Below, in pieces: positions 17,944 through 31,974 of a stretch of 64,000 bases of DNA. The stretch lies in assembly GCF_009914755.1 (NCBI RefSeq), contig NC_060926.1; one strand, 5' to 3'. The notes beneath the pieces are model-generated. The model was not told the origin of the DNA. It saw nothing but the letters and a program-made list of their open reading frames with translations, and ran no database searches. The stretch comes from the human T2T-CHM13v2.0 reference genome, Homo sapiens. A program made the translations under genes and the position numbers. Numbering within the stretch: position 1 is the first letter of the stretch; each line of letters begins with the position of its first letter.

Positions 17944-19759
17944 CTTTTACCTTTGCTGCTTTCAACACTCCCTCTTTGTCTTTAAGTTTTGACAGTTTAT
18001 CCATGATGTGTCCTGGTGTGGGTCTCTTTGAGTTTATCTGATTTGGTGTGCTATGGGCTTTCTGCCTCTGGCTTTCTGATTCCCTCCCCAAACTTGGGAA
18101 AGTTTCTGCAATTATTATTTTGATTATGTTTTCGTTCCCTTTCTCTATTTATTTTCCTTCTGGCATGCCAATAATGCATACGTTGTTCTGCTTGATGGTG
18201 TCTTAGAAGTCTCTTAAGCTATATTTGCTCTTGTTCATTCTTTTTTTTTTCTTTCTGCTCTTTAGATTGGATGATTTCCAGTGATCTGTCTTCAAGTTTA
18301 CTCATCCTTTCTTCTGCTTGATCTAGTCTCCTCTCGAACCCCTCTATTTACATTTTCAGTTCAGTTATAGCACTCTTTAGATCTATGATTTCCATTTGGT
18401 AATTATTTATACTTTCTGTCTCTTCTTGAAGTTTTCGGCTTGCTCTTTTATTGCTGTCTTGACCTTGTGAGTATCTTTATAACCATTATTTTGAATCCCT
18501 ATTAGGCAAATCATAAAACTTCACTTCATTCAAGTTGGTTTCTGGAGATTTACTTTGTTCTTTTGTTTGAAATATATTCCTCTGTTTCTTCACTTCCTTG
18601 ATTCTCTGTTTTTGTTTCTGAGCATTAGATAACTACCTCTCTCTTCATGTTATTAGACTGACTTTGTATATGAGTTTTCACCAATCTGTCTGGCCAGAGA
18701 TTTTAAGGTGCCTCTCAAATCTTTGTGTTTGTCGAGACTGTTATCTCTGTTTTTGCTGGCTCACTGGAGCTTATGATGTACCACATCTTGATAGTAACCT
18801 GAGACTGGTATGATAGGACCCAAGTTATTAAGATGTAGCTGGAAAGTTTAGGGTGTTAGATGTGTACCCCAGTTCTTTGTATCTTCATGGTGTGACTGGG
18901 TGCAGGTACAGTAAGTTGAAGAGAGGATCTGCAGCAAATGTCTATTCTCACAGTCAGGATTTACCTTCTAATCCTAGAGGGATAGTTGCTAATATTGGGA
19001 TAATTATACATCCACTTGTTTGTTTTCTGTGGTCTTGGGTCACTTAGGATTGCAAAGTCTGTAGCTAGGTCATTAAGGAGACAGTCCCTTGAGTGGGAGT
19101 TATGCAGGTTGTGGGCTGCCCACATGGCCAATTCTTTCCAGAAGGAAGGAATAGGCCTGGATTTGTCTCTGGAGTGAGCTAGAGGAAGGTCTTGTGAAGT
19201 ACCGTGCTCTGGCTCTGGCTACCTAAAGGCCATTGCTTGTTTGCTCCATTAGCTCTCAATGCAAGTTGATTAGAAACCAAGTCCTCAAGGAGCTACTGAA
19301 AGTGTGTGCTATAAGCCCTTATTGAAGAGAAAGTGAGAGCTGTACATTCCTGCCCCTTTTGTGAACTGCTCCAAGAGGGTATAGCCCCTAGAAGTGTTTG
19401 AATGCCTGTTTAAAACCACCTCTTTGTTTCATGATCAAGGGAGACTCACATATGCATAGTCCCTTCTGTTGTCAGAGCTACTAGGTTTAGGATGGAGCCC
19501 TTTGGGAGATAGCTTTAAAAATTAGCTTTCAATATGTATCCTAAACCCCTTCTGGGGAGAAACAGGGAGTTTTATTATGTCTTAAGCCCCTTCTCTGCAA
19601 GGAGATGAAATCCCTGGAGATGCTTGCATACCCATTTAAAAACACAACTCTTTTCCTGTTGTTTAGAGCTACGTGTATATGCCAGTCTCTTCTGCTCCCA
19701 GAGCTAGGAGACTAAGGATGCAATCCCTTAGGTAGATGTTATAAGAGTTAGGGATGCTA

Positions 19760-20056
19760 GGCCAGGCACAGTGGCTCACGCCTATAATCCCCGCACTTTG
19801 GGAGGGTGAGGCTGGCAGATTGCATGAGTCCAGGAGTTTGAGACTCGCCTGGGCAACAAGGCGAAACCCCGTCTCTACAAAATATAGAAAAATTAGCCAG
19901 GTGTGATGGCAGGCACCTATTGTCCCAGCTACTTGGGGGGGTTGAGGCAGGAGGATCTCTTGAGTCTGGGAGGCAGAAGTTGCAGTGAGCTGAGATTGCA
20001 CCACTGCACTCTAGCCTGGGTGATGACCTGTCTCAAAAAAAAAAAAAAAAAAAAAA
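19760..20056 (+). mobile_element. AluJ-like SINE inserted in the old L1 5'UTR
   Basis: Dimeric Alu with J-type positions (GATTGCATGAGTCCAGGAGTTTGAGACT, GGAGGATCTCTTGAGTCTGGG) and an A tail. Degenerate TSD AAGAGTTAGGGATGCT / AAAAGTTAGGATACT. Confidence 0.92.
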
Positions 20057-20450
20057 GTTAGGATACTTGGTGTGAATGCAGACTTATCCTAGGCTGGTGG
20101 TGGTTTAATAATTGACTGTCCCTTTAACTGCCCAATGTAAGCTAGTTAGAAACAGGGCCAACAGGTGGCTGCTGGAGGGATGTTTGAAGTCCCCGGAATT
20201 GGTGTGCACTTGCCTCTTTTTTTTTTTTTTTTTTAAGTCTAGAGGGATGTGTGTGTATAATCCACTCATCTCCCATAGTTGGCAAATTAAGAGTCAAACC
20301 ATGGGAAAACTTACTGTTAGAGCCCTATTTTGGGGGTCCAGATCCTCCTCTCCACAGGGAGAGACTGGGTGTGGGGGATTCCTTTCCAAATTTTATGGTG
20401 CAGTGCCTGGGATGGGGTCCATGCCTGAGTGTGCCTCAGCTTCAGTGTAG

Positions 20451-20814
<364 letters not shown>

Positions 20815-20922
20815 AGACCTTTTGTTAAAGGGAATTGGTCTGTGGTAGATGTTTATTTGGTGCATCCATGGGCAGAGGGAGAGTCAGGAGCTTCCTTTTC
20901 TATCATATTTCTGTTGCCACTC

Positions 20923-21040
20923 TGTCACCTGCATTTTAAAGATGAGAAAATAGCTCAGAAAAGCTTAATTTACCCAACTAGTGAGTTGAGGTTGGGATTC
21001 GAAACTGATCTGCTGGGCTCTGAAGTCCATGATTTTTTCA
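20923..21040 (-). mobile_element. MIR 5'/core piece (third fragment of the interrupted MIR)
   Basis: CCTGCATTTTAAAGATGAGAAAATAGCTCAGAAAAGCTTAATTTACCCAA...GGGATTCGAAACTG...GGCTCTGAAGTCC matches the MIR core and the tRNA B-box region in reverse complement. Confidence 0.75.
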
Positions 21041-21139
21041 GTATGCCACAAACTTATTTTTTTTTTTTTGGTAAAATGCTTTTTTAGTATAAGGACAATT
21101 TGAAATATCTGAAATACAGAAATAATTCCTTAAACTTTC

Positions 21140-21480
21140 AACATTTATTCAGCAAAACATTCATTGAGAACCTACTCTTGCTCATGTCCTGTGCTAGCTG
21201 CTTTATGAAGCAACATTCATATGACTGACTATCTCCCTAAAATCAGCTTCAACTATGTCTGGAAGGACAGAGGCATAAACAGCCAAGGAAGACTGGGCTG
21301 AGAGACACAGAGGAGAAGGAGTTGGGTTGGGGTAATGGCAGTTGAGGAAGGCTGACTTTCATTCGTGCCATGAGGGATGAGGAGCAGCCACTGAACAGAG
21401 AAAGCCTGGAAGGACATCTGGTCAACATGGCCACAAGAACGGTGGAGTGAGTGTTGGTGGGGTCTTCAGGGAAGTGTCTG
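21140..21480 (-). mobile_element. L2 LINE 3' relic
   Basis: CATTTATTCAGCAAAACATTCATTGAGAACCTACT...CCTGTGCTAG is a typical reverse-complement L2 3' end. Extent is approximate. Confidence 0.6.
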
Positions 21481-21877
21481 TCATTAACTGAGTCTAGAGT
21501 CCAGCCATAAGTGTAGAGGGGAGTAATGGGATTGAAAGTTGCAACATGTCACAAAAAATGACCTGAGAACTCAACCTAAATTGTATATTTGGCACTTAGT
21601 TTTCACACTTTTGACTTTTCTTCCTCTGGCCTCTTACTTTATTTCTTTTCTGATTATCAGAGTTCTGCATGTTTGTGGTAAAAACTTTGGAAAGTACAAA
21701 TGAATGCAATGCATCAGATTAACAAAAGTTACTCTTGTCTAGTATGGCTAGGATATCCATACCTCTCTCCCTCCACATATCAGAGAGAATTTTGACCATA
21801 AGACTTTACAGTAGGCTTTTCTTTCTTAACTTCTTATGATGAAGCTCCATGTGGACTTCATTATATTCCATGAAATG

Positions 21878-22434
21878 TGTAGTGTCTTTGCTCTCTGCTC
21901 CTCCTACATCCGTTCACTGAAGATGCTTTGCACCCAGACCTGCTGAGAAGCAGGTAGGCCTTACCAGTTCTATGTCCATAGGACAACCCCTTCCCCAGTG
22001 GTCACACCTAACTGAACCATATGTAAACACCTGACCCAAGTTGGGCCTATTATATTGTCTTCCCAGAAGTTTGGGACTAAGGCCCTGAAGAACTGTGTCA
22101 ATAAGATGGTGCTGGGTTCTGGAGCCAGGTTTGGCACTAAAGCCAGTCAAAGCCACATGCAAACTAAAGTTGTAGAAGAGGATCAGGCATGGTTTTCTTT
22201 CCCTCCTCAGGAGAAAGAAAGAAGGAAGTGTGCTCAGGGCCAGAGAAAAGAGACCATGTGGACCAGTGAGGAATGGAGATGGAGACAGTAGCTGCCTAAC
22301 CATTTTCCTGTTCTCATGAGATACAGCTATACTTCCTATACTTTGTCTCAGTCAGATTCTCCATAAGTTTTTCACAGGGAAATAATTTGAATAGATGCCT
22401 GCTCTTGGTAATCAAAACATTTCTTACTAGAGCA
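21878..22434 (+). mobile_element. Old ERVL-class solo LTR relic (LTR33/LTR16-like)
   Basis: Begins TGTAG. Contains CACCTGACCCAAGTTGGGCCTAT and ends TTGGTAATCAAAACATTTCTTACTAGAGCA, both resembling motifs of old ERVL LTRs. No TSD was resolved. Confidence 0.45.
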
Positions 22435-22487
22435 GTTTACTTAAATGGTTTTTTTTCCTTTAGTTTTTTCTTCCAATTTTTGCTTTG

Positions 22488-22589
22488 GTGTTTTTAAAAT
22501 ACACATATGTTTAAATTTTTTTGGTAGTTATAGCTCAAGTGTTTTTAAAATATACATATGTTTAAAATTTTTTGGTAGTTATAGCTCAG
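22488..22589. repeat. 51-bp tandem duplication within an old L1M-like relic
   Basis: GTGTTTTTAAAATA(C/T)ACATATGTTTAAA(T/A)TTTTTTGGTAGTTATAGCTCA occurs twice in tandem. Confidence 0.92.
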
Positions 22590-25500
22590 ATCTTTTCTTT
22601 GTCATTACTTCCATTGCATTTAAACTTAAATATTTATCTAGTCAGAGAGCTTTAAAATTTTATATCTTTTTTGTAGGCTTCAAAAAAGATATAACATTTT
22701 ACATTTAAATGTATAATACACACGCTCTAATCCATAGAATCCATGGATTCTAATCCACCTAAAAATTATTTTGACATATGTGTGAGATGAGGATCTAATT
22801 GAACTTTTTAAATAAAATGTAAATAGCTAATTAGCTGGCCCAGAATCATGCTTCATTTTCCCACTGATTCATGATCTCTCCTTGATTATATGTTAACTTT
22901 ATATACACATGTTTCATATGGGTTCGTTACTGAGCTGTCTATTCTGTTTACTCAATTATTTAAAAAGAAAATGTTAAAGAAAATATTTCTAGTCTATGTA
23001 TAATTATGACTCCTAGAGATATTGACTGGATTTAGAGAAGGATGGTGCTAAGTTAGAGAACTCTGGTTACCAAGTCATTTGATTCCTTTGATTTTTCCCT
23101 CCAGAACTCCAAATGACACGTTATTGTTTGTATTGGAATATATCCATCTTCTTCCTGGGGCAGCTTGAGTAGTCCTGACAAGTTTGCTAATTTTGGTAAT
23201 TTCTTGAGTCTAAGGAGAGTTTTTATATTATAGAATTTCAACTTGTAAGACTGCTTTAATTTAAAAAATACAAAACTACTGAGAGTTTTAAAATGTGCTA
23301 GATTTGAGCACCTGACAAGGATAATAAGCACATACTGTCATTCTCTCTTTTTGCTTCCATAGTAAAGATTGTTAATTGATTAGGGTCTTCCTTACAACTA
23401 TACGTGGACAACATCAGACTCCTTCTTAACATAGTGGTCCAAACAACCAGCTCTATTAGTGAAGCTCTAATATCAGCTTAATACCAGTTGGTATTGCCTG
23501 ATAAGATGTAACCTATTTGCAGATTAATTCTAGCAAGCGATATAAATCCCAAGGTTAGAGGTAAAATAGTATAGCTTATATTATAGAAGTGGCTAGTATA
23601 GATTTAAGGCATTGTTTTAATTTTTTTTACTGCACCCCTTAATAATTAATACATTTTACATTTTCACATTTAGCTATATAAAGAAGAGTACAACTGGATA
23701 AAAGTTTGATGTGTTTTAGGGAATATATACTTTATGTTAATTCTGTAATGTTGGAATCAAAATAGGTTACCTTTAAAATAATTCTAATTTTTCAGAAATA
23801 AAACACTCTTATATTTACTCTTCTTAGTGATTGGTGTAATTAGATGGAATGATTTTTGTCCCAATCTCTTTGTGGTTTATATGAGGAAAAAAATCCATAT
23901 TTTTATTTTCCTGAACTTAAGTACCCCATCAAGGCTTAGAATAAACCTCAGTAGAAATTTGCCAATATGTAGAAAAAAGTTTGTGGCATCATCAATTTTC
24001 AGGCCAGGCAATATTCATTAAGTTTGTAGTAGATTTTTAGGTTCGAGGATGATCATCTCCCTTATGCCTAATCATTATTTACTTAAGAAAACAACTGTGG
24101 GCTGGACTCTAATATTTGCAAGCTGTGTGACCTTACCCAAGGTACTTGAACTTCCTAGTTTGAAACCCTATGACAGCTTTGTATTACTTCAAAATTTATG
24201 CTCTTTTTTTTCTTACTATGGCAAACTTCAGCATCTTTTTCCTTTAAGCAGTTTTGATCATTTCAGCTGCAGTTTTCATTTTATTCATCTGTCAGTATTA
24301 TGTGCTAAAGCAAGTAAGGTGACATGGTATGAAAACATGTTAAAGCAAGCAAAGTGAAGTGATCCTGGGGATATGTTGAACCAAGTAAGGTCAAGTGAAG
24401 CTAGGGGTGTGCTTGGAGGCTGGACGAAGACAGAGAGTGAAGGAAAAAATGGCAGCTTCATATCTCTGGAAGTGGAATGCATAGCATTATATTTTATCCT
24501 GTGGTTCTTCAGCATTTGGCTTTGCTATATAATTAGGCAGAGGGGATATTTATGGGATTTAATAACTGTTGTTTCCATCCTTGTCATTAGGATCCAGAAG
24601 TTTCTTAGATTATGAGTGCTCCAGAAGTGAAATTAATACCCTCTGCTAGAGCTGAAAGTTGAAAGTTCCTATTGTCAAGATTTCAGTTCTGTCAGCTTTT
24701 TCTTTTTTGATCATTAAAAGTGAGGCATTCTCGGACTTGAACAGCACACCTCATGAAGGAGATCTATGAGGGATTTATGATGCTTGGTTGTAAGAGAAGA
24801 TGACATCCACAGAAAACTGGTAATCTTGGAAGGACAGGCAAGTAGGTAGTTGGAAATAGTTCAGAAACGTTTGCTTCTACAGTTCTGAAGGCAATATATG
24901 TCAGACTTGGAGAGCTCTAGAGAGGGGCCACTCACCTTAGAGTTGAAGACCATGGAAATTTAACCTGCTGTCAAGCTTTGATCATTACATACAGTCACTG
25001 CCTCATCGGTTGAGGATTAGAAAATCAAAAAGGTTCAAAACTTGGGATGTTATAATGTCAGCATGCTAATCAGAATTTCAGAAGTACATGCTCATGGAAA
25101 TAAAATTTCAATAAAAAATAAGGGTGCCAGATGAAAAGTGTGTCTAGTTCCACTATCCATAGCCTGGTTCTCAAGAGGCTGCCACCCATGATGTTTTCTG
25201 TCTTTAGCTCTTCCAGGGATTATCACTATAACTCGAAGTATCTGTTTCATACAACATTAATATCTATTTCTTATCTTACCAACTTAAGCTTGTCTTTTAA
25301 CTCTTTGCTGTAAAAGATTACTATTTCAGCTCATAGCAACTACTCTGCTTCGTTTTTCCCTGTATCTGCTCCCATTTTTTCTTTTTGTTCTTCTATTGTT
25401 TATACTTTAAATAATATTTTTGACTTTTATTTCTTGTTCTGTCAACTTCAGACATATCATGGTGTATGATATGGAGTCGGTCACTCCTACACGCTCTCCC

Positions 25501-27184
25501 ATCTCTCCTTCCCACCTCTAACTCCTACTGTTCATCATTTCTACCACTACTTTTATATTGCCAAGGTTTAAAACATTTACATTCTGAATGGAAATTTTAA
25601 TTAAGTATTCATCGCTTTGTCTATACATTGATTCAGAGAAGCAAAAATAGATAAACATCATTTATAATATTATGATATTGTTCAATATTATTCACTGCAG
25701 AACCAGAGTGCAGCTGTAGAGGAGATATAATTTATATTCTTAAATCAGATCTACTTAAAGTAGAATATTTCAAGTTCTAAGTCAAGATTTTCTTTTCTTA
25801 GACTCCATAAATTTCCTATAATAATGCTTCATATTTTCGTCATGAATTTTTGTACAGCATTTTCCTTTTCCTGGAATTTCTAGTTTCCCTTAATTTTTCT
25901 TATTGAAGTCGGAAACATAAACGTTCTTCATTATGCACCACCCAAAAGCCAGCCAACAGATTCTTTAGCCAGATGCATTATTAGTGTCTGCTCTCTTTCA
26001 GGTTCCCAATGCCAGGGGTCTCTTCATAGAGTAACAGATTCCACCTTCACTGCAGCTTCTCTTGCGGCTTCTCTTGTACTCTGAATAGTTATTTTTCTCT
26101 GTTCTATTTTATCTGTTAGTGTAATCCCATATGCCATGCATTTTTAAGAGAATTTCCTAATTATTTCACCTATTCATATCCTATCCTTTTGCATATCTTT
26201 ACTATCATTTCAATGGGTTTAAGAGAGGGAAGTACAAATATTTGCTAGGTTCAATATGTTTAATCAGAGCCCTCAGAATTATTGGTTTACTATAGTCAGA
26301 AATTGGTATCCAAGAGGAAAACGTGCATCTAAAATTTACAGACTATGCCCCAGATCTTAACTTAGAGAGGAAGCATTTATGCTTATTGCATGAAAGTCCT
26401 GTTTTAAATTTGGAGTATCTTTTTCACGTATTTTATCTTGTAACCTACTTCGAATTAAGACGCCACCTGAAATTCATAGCACTGCAAAAATTGCTGATGT
26501 TGCATCATCTGTCCTCATACAGGTTTCATTATCTTAAGCACTTGGAATGAGACCTCACTTCATCATCGAAGGAGATTCAATGTCTATAACTCCATAGATG
26601 TCAAAGGACAAAGTACAGCTTCTGATAGGGTCTTAAATGCAAAAGGTGAATTTGCTGGATTCAGCAACCACCAGGTGGGGCCAAGGAGTTTCGCCTTTGT
26701 CAAATAGGAGCTTTTACTGGAAAAGCAGTATGTGTTGCTGCTGAGCAATTTCTAGAAGGAGTTTCAAACTTGTTGAGGTAGTTGTTTCCTCTAACATCAT
26801 GTATCAAAATTGTCTTCTAAAAGAGACAATGTGGGAAGCATTTTCTAAAGTTAGGCTCCAGAAGGAGATGTAGTTGACTAAAATGATGCCTTGGGTGGTC
26901 AGGAGGCAAAGTTTGCATGTGGAGCCACTGGATTAGGAATATTCTTCATATTGTTCTTGAAAGAACTTTTCCATTTATGAATTCTGAAAATGGTTTGTGG
27001 TTCTGGAAAGAAATAGAAAGAATTGTTTATGAACTGTGGGCCCTGATAATTTTAGAGGATAATGGCACCAGAGGTGAAAGGAGGCTTTCTGATATCTGCC
27101 TGTCTTGCGGCTGGCCAGGTACAGAAGAACAAGTCTCTCTACAGATAGTGATGTTGTCCATGCCCTTGAAGATCTCAGAATCTT

Positions 27185-27440
27185 AACATTTATTAAATAC
27201 TTAATTTGGGCTTACCCCAAACTGGGTGAAGAGATCACAAAACCAAAGAGATATAGTCCATGCCCTGAGGAGTGTTTGGTGCATGGGTGAGTGAGATAAT
27301 AAGAGGACTGAGTATGGATAGTATCAAGAGACTCTTTATAATAGGTAAAATCCCAGAGGAAAGTGAGATGTGAATATAGAAAAATTCCAGATCAAAGGAA
27401 CATCTCACAAGCACCTGAATTCTGACCAGATGTGAAACAT
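27185..27440 (-). mobile_element. L2 LINE 3' relic
   Basis: AACATTTATTAAATACTTAAT...ATAGTCCATGCCCTGAGGAGTG matches the reverse-complement L2 3' region. Confidence 0.55.
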
Positions 27441-27715
27441 GGCTGTTAAAATCTCCAATTTGTGGAGAAATGATCCCCCACATCATACCCAGTAGAAGCT
27501 TGTTTGAATCAGTGTACTATTCACCATTGTTAAATGGTGCCAAGGGTGTCACTTCTTTTTAGGAGTGAACTTTTACTTTAAGTTCAATATAAAGTGCTCA
27601 ATGAATTTTTACAAAGTGAGTACACTCTGTACTTGACATTCAAATCTGGAAACTAATCATTTCCAACTCCCCCTTCTAGCCCTACTCATCACTCCTCCAA
27701 GTGAAAAAAATCCTG

Positions 27716-28009
27716 ATTTTTTTTTTTTTTTTTGAGAAGGTATATCGCTCTGTCTCCCAGGCTGGAGTTCAGTGGCCTCGGCTCACTGCAAGCTCTGCCT
27801 CCTGGGTTCATGACATTCTCCTGCCTCAGCCTCCCAAGTAGCTGGGACTGCAGGCACCCGCCACCACGCCTGGCTAATTTTTTGTATTTTTATTAGAGAC
27901 AGGGTTTCACCGTGTTAGCTAGGATGTCTTGATCTCCTGACCTCGTGATCCGCCCGCCGCAGTGTCCCAAAGTGCTGGGATTACAGGTTGTGAGCCGCCG
28001 TGCCCAGCC
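27716..28009 (-). mobile_element. AluY-like SINE
   Basis: Diagnostic CTGCAAGCTC, CACCGTGTTAGC and CCTCGTGATCCGCCCG, with a T-tract tail. Confidence 0.93.
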
Positions 28010-28271
28010 AAAATAATTTTTTTAAACCTTTTTCTTTGTTAAGGATAGAGCTGTGGTCTATTTGTCCCTTCACTTTAAAAGAAAGAACATTTTGATCTGG
28101 AATTGAAACATTGATTTCTTAAGCCGTAGTTGATTCCTGGTATACAATTCCCATTTGTGTTTAAAATCTGGACTGGCAACAAGGTTAGTAATGATTTTGT
28201 TTATAGTGGCACTGTAAGAGGAACAGAGAGGGATGTTCTTAAAGAAAAGGGCATGCCAGTTGTTATCAGGA

Positions 28272-31037
28272 TACCTCTATGCAAATAAACTAGAAAATCT
28301 AGAAGACAAGGATAAATTCCTGGATGATACAGCCTACCAAGACTAAATCAGGAAGAAGTTGAATCCCTGATTAAACCAATAACAAGCTCTGAAATTGAGG
28401 CAGTAATTAATAGCCTACCAACCAAAAAAAGCGTAGGATTAGATGGATTCACAGCTGAATTCTACCAGAAGTACAAAGAGGAGCTGGTACCATTCCTTCT
28501 GAAAATATTCCAAACAACCAAAAAGGAGGGACTCCTCCCTAACTCATTTTATGAAGCCAACATCACCCTGATACCAAAACTGGGAAGAGACAAAAAAAGA
28601 CAACTTCAGGCCAATATCCCTGATTAATTGATGCGAAAATTCTCAGTAAAATACTGGAAAACTGAATCCAGCAGCACATCAAAAAACTTATCTACCGCGA
28701 TCAAGTCAGCTTCATCCCTGGGATACAAGGCTGGTTCAACATACACAAATCAATAAATGTAATTCATCCCATAAACAGAACCAAAGACAAAAACCCCATG
28801 ATGATCTCAATAGATGCAGAAAAGGCCTTTGACAAAATTCAACATCCCTTCATGTTAAAAGCACTCAATAAACTAGGTATTGTTGGAACATATCTCAAAA
28901 TAATAAGAGCTATTTATGACAAACCCACAGTCAATATCATATTGAAAGGGCAAAAGCTGGAAGCATTCCCTTTGAAAGTTGGTACAAGACAAGGATGCCC
29001 TCTCTCACCACTCTTATTCAACACAGTATTGGAAGTTCTGGCCAGGGCAATCAGGCAAGAGAAAGCAATAAAGGGTATTCAAATAGGAAGAGAGGAAGTC
29101 AAGTTATCTCTGTTTGCAGGTGACATGACTGTATATATAGAAAACCCAATCATCTCAGCCCCAAAACCTCTTGAACTGATAAACAACTTCAGCAAAGTCT
29201 CAGGATACAAAATCAATGTACAAAAATCACAAGCATTCATTTACACCAACAACTGGCAAGCAGGGAGTCAAATCATGATGGAACTCCCATTCACAATCAC
29301 TACAAAGTAAATAAAATACCTAGGAATACAGCTAACAAGGGATGTGAAGGACCTATTCAAGGAGAACTACACACCACTGCTCAATGAAATAAGAGAGGAC
29401 ACAAACAAATGGAAAAACAATCCACCCTCATGGATAGGAAGAATCAATATCATGAAAATGGCCATACTGCCCAAAGTAATTTATAGATTCAATGCTATTC
29501 CCATCAAATTACCATTGACGTTCTTCACAGAATTAGAAAAAACTATTTTAAATTTCATACGGAACCAAAAAAGAGCACGTATAGCCAAGACAATACTAAG
29601 CAAAAAGAACAAAGTTGGAGGCATCACACTACCTGACTTCAAACTATACTACGAGTTTACAGTAACCAAAACAGCATGGTACTTGTACCAAAACAGACAT
29701 ATAGACCAATGGAGCAGAACAGAGATGTCAGAAATAACACCACACATTTACAACCATCTGATCTTCGACAAACCTGACAAAAGCAAGCAATGGGGAAAGG
29801 ATCTCCTATTCAGTAAATGGTGCTGGGAAGACTGGCTAGCCATATGCAGAAAACTGAAACTGGGCCCCTTCCTCACACCTTATTCAAAAATTAACTCAAG
29901 ATGGATTAAAGACTTAAATGTAAAACCCCAACCATAAGAACCCTATAAGAAAACGTAGGTGATATTATTCAGAACATAGGCATGGGCAAAGACTTCATGA
30001 CAAAAATGCCAAAAGCAATTGCAACAAAAGCCACGATTGACAAATGAGATCTAATTAAACTAAAGGGCTTCTGCACAGCAAAAGAAACTATCATCAGAGT
30101 GAACAGGCAATCTACAAAATGGGAGAAAATTTTTGTAATCTACTCATCTGTCAAAGGTCTAATATCCAGAATTTACAAGGAACCTAAACATATTTACAAG
30201 AAAAAAGAAAACAGCCCCATCAAAAATTGGGCCAAAGATATAAACAGGCACTTCTCAAAAGAAGACATTTAATTGGCCGACAAACATATGAAGAAAAGCT
30301 CAACATTACTGATCATCAGAGAAATGCAAATCAAAACCACAATGAGATACCATCTCACACCAGTCAGAATGGTGATTTTTAAAGTCAGGAAACAGTAGAT
30401 GCTGGCAAGGCTGTGGAGAAACAAGAATGCTTTTACACTGTTGGTGGGAATGTAAATTAGCTCAGCTATTGTGGAAAATAGTATGGTGATTCCTAGAACC
30501 GAAAATACCACTTGACCCAGCAATCCCATTACTGGGTATATACCCAAAGGAATATAAATCATTCTATTATAAAGACACCTGCACGTGTATGTTTATTGCA
30601 GCACTATTTACAATAGCAAAGACATGGAGCCAACCCAAATGCCTGTCAATGACAGAATGGAGGAAGAAAATGTGGTACATATACACCATGGAATACTATG
30701 CAGCCATAAAAAGGAATGAGATCATTTCCTTTGCAGGGATATTGGTGAAGGTGGAAGCCATCATCCTCAGCAAACTAATACAGGAACAGAAAACCAAACA
30801 ATGCATGATCTCACTCATAAGTGGGAGTTGAACGTTGAGAACACATGGACACAGATTGGGGGACAACACACACCGGGGCCTGTTGGGGGTGGGGGGTGAG
30901 GGGAGGGAACTTAGAGGATGGGTCAATAGGTGCAGTAAACCACCATGGCACATGTATGCCTATGTAACAAACCTGCACGTTCTGTACATGTATCCCTTTT
31001 TTTTTTAAAGAATAAGTAAAGAAAATAAATAAATAAA
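28272..31037 (+). mobile_element. 5'-truncated L1PA8-like LINE-1 (3' two-thirds of ORF2 plus 3'UTR), disrupted
   Basis: Starts at CCTCTATGCAAATAAACTAG in ORF2. RT fragments lie at 28798-29937, with the catalytic FADD mutated to FAGD. The 3'UTR GGGAACTTAGAGGATGGGTCAATAGGTGCAG...GTATCCCTTTTT is followed by an A-rich tail. Confidence 0.92.
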
Positions 31038-31315
31038 GTTTTACAAAGCGAAATATTAAATATATCTGTTTCTTATTTTCATATAATTACCCAGGAAACA
31101 CTTACTCACTACCTACCGTTTTTCAGGGCTCGATATTGTGGGGAATATAAAAGTGAATCAGACATATACCATCCCTCTTTAAGTAGAAGAGTCAGAAATA
31201 TCTGGCTCTGTAAGTAATTGTAAAATATAAAAGAGAAAGTAATAAGTTTCATAAGAGAGATGCAAGCAGATGAGAGTTTTCCATGTAATCCGAATCTTTT
31301 TTTCTTTTTTACAGG

Positions 31316-31517
31316 AAGTATGGTGTTGATGAGCTTGAGTGAGAAAAAAAATGGATTTGGGTTAGAAGACCTGGGATCTTGCACTTACCAGGTACGTGGC
31401 TTGAGGAGGCTACTTTACCTTTTCCACCCAGCTCTACCCTGTCTAACATGAGGACAGTAGTAGGTTTCCTACTTATGGAACATAGTTTTTGGGAAGCATA
31501 TAACAGATAATAGACAT
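31316..31517 (+). mobile_element. MIR relic
   Basis: TTTGGGTTAGAAGACCTGGG...CACTTACCAG...TGTCTAACATGAGGACAGTAGTAG resembles MIR/MIRc. Confidence 0.6.
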
Positions 31518-31974
31518 AGTTTTATATAAGTAACTTATTCAAAATAGGTATTATTTCTTCCAGGGAATAGTCAAACATTTTGTTCTCTAGAACAAGGAAT
31601 TAATTTATCTTCTTCTAACTTTAATAAGGTGCACCATGAGCCAGTCCTAGGAATAGCAACATGGATTCAATTTAAATTGCTAATAGGCGATACTCATGAG
31701 GTAGCAAAGAGCCTCTTTCTGACACATCCATCAAATCTCATTCTCTTACCAGCCTGGTGAGAGCCAGTTATTTTGACGTTGATGCTGACTGCTTTTGAAA
31801 GCACATGCTGTGCAGCACTTTGCCCAGGGTTTAGCTTTCCCACAGACCTGACATTTGTATGTTGTTTTGCTTTCCTTGATCTTCTCCCCTTCTTCCCTAG
31901 CGTCTACTGTTAGCTGAATGTAGCTAATACTGCAGATTGTAAATGGGCTAAAGTGGAAGAAAGAGTGTCTGACA

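Noticed and set aside
30884-30907. G-quadruplex motif GGGGGTGGGGGGTGAGGGGAGGG
   Set aside because: This is the standard G-rich tract of L1 3'UTRs and is not locus-specific.
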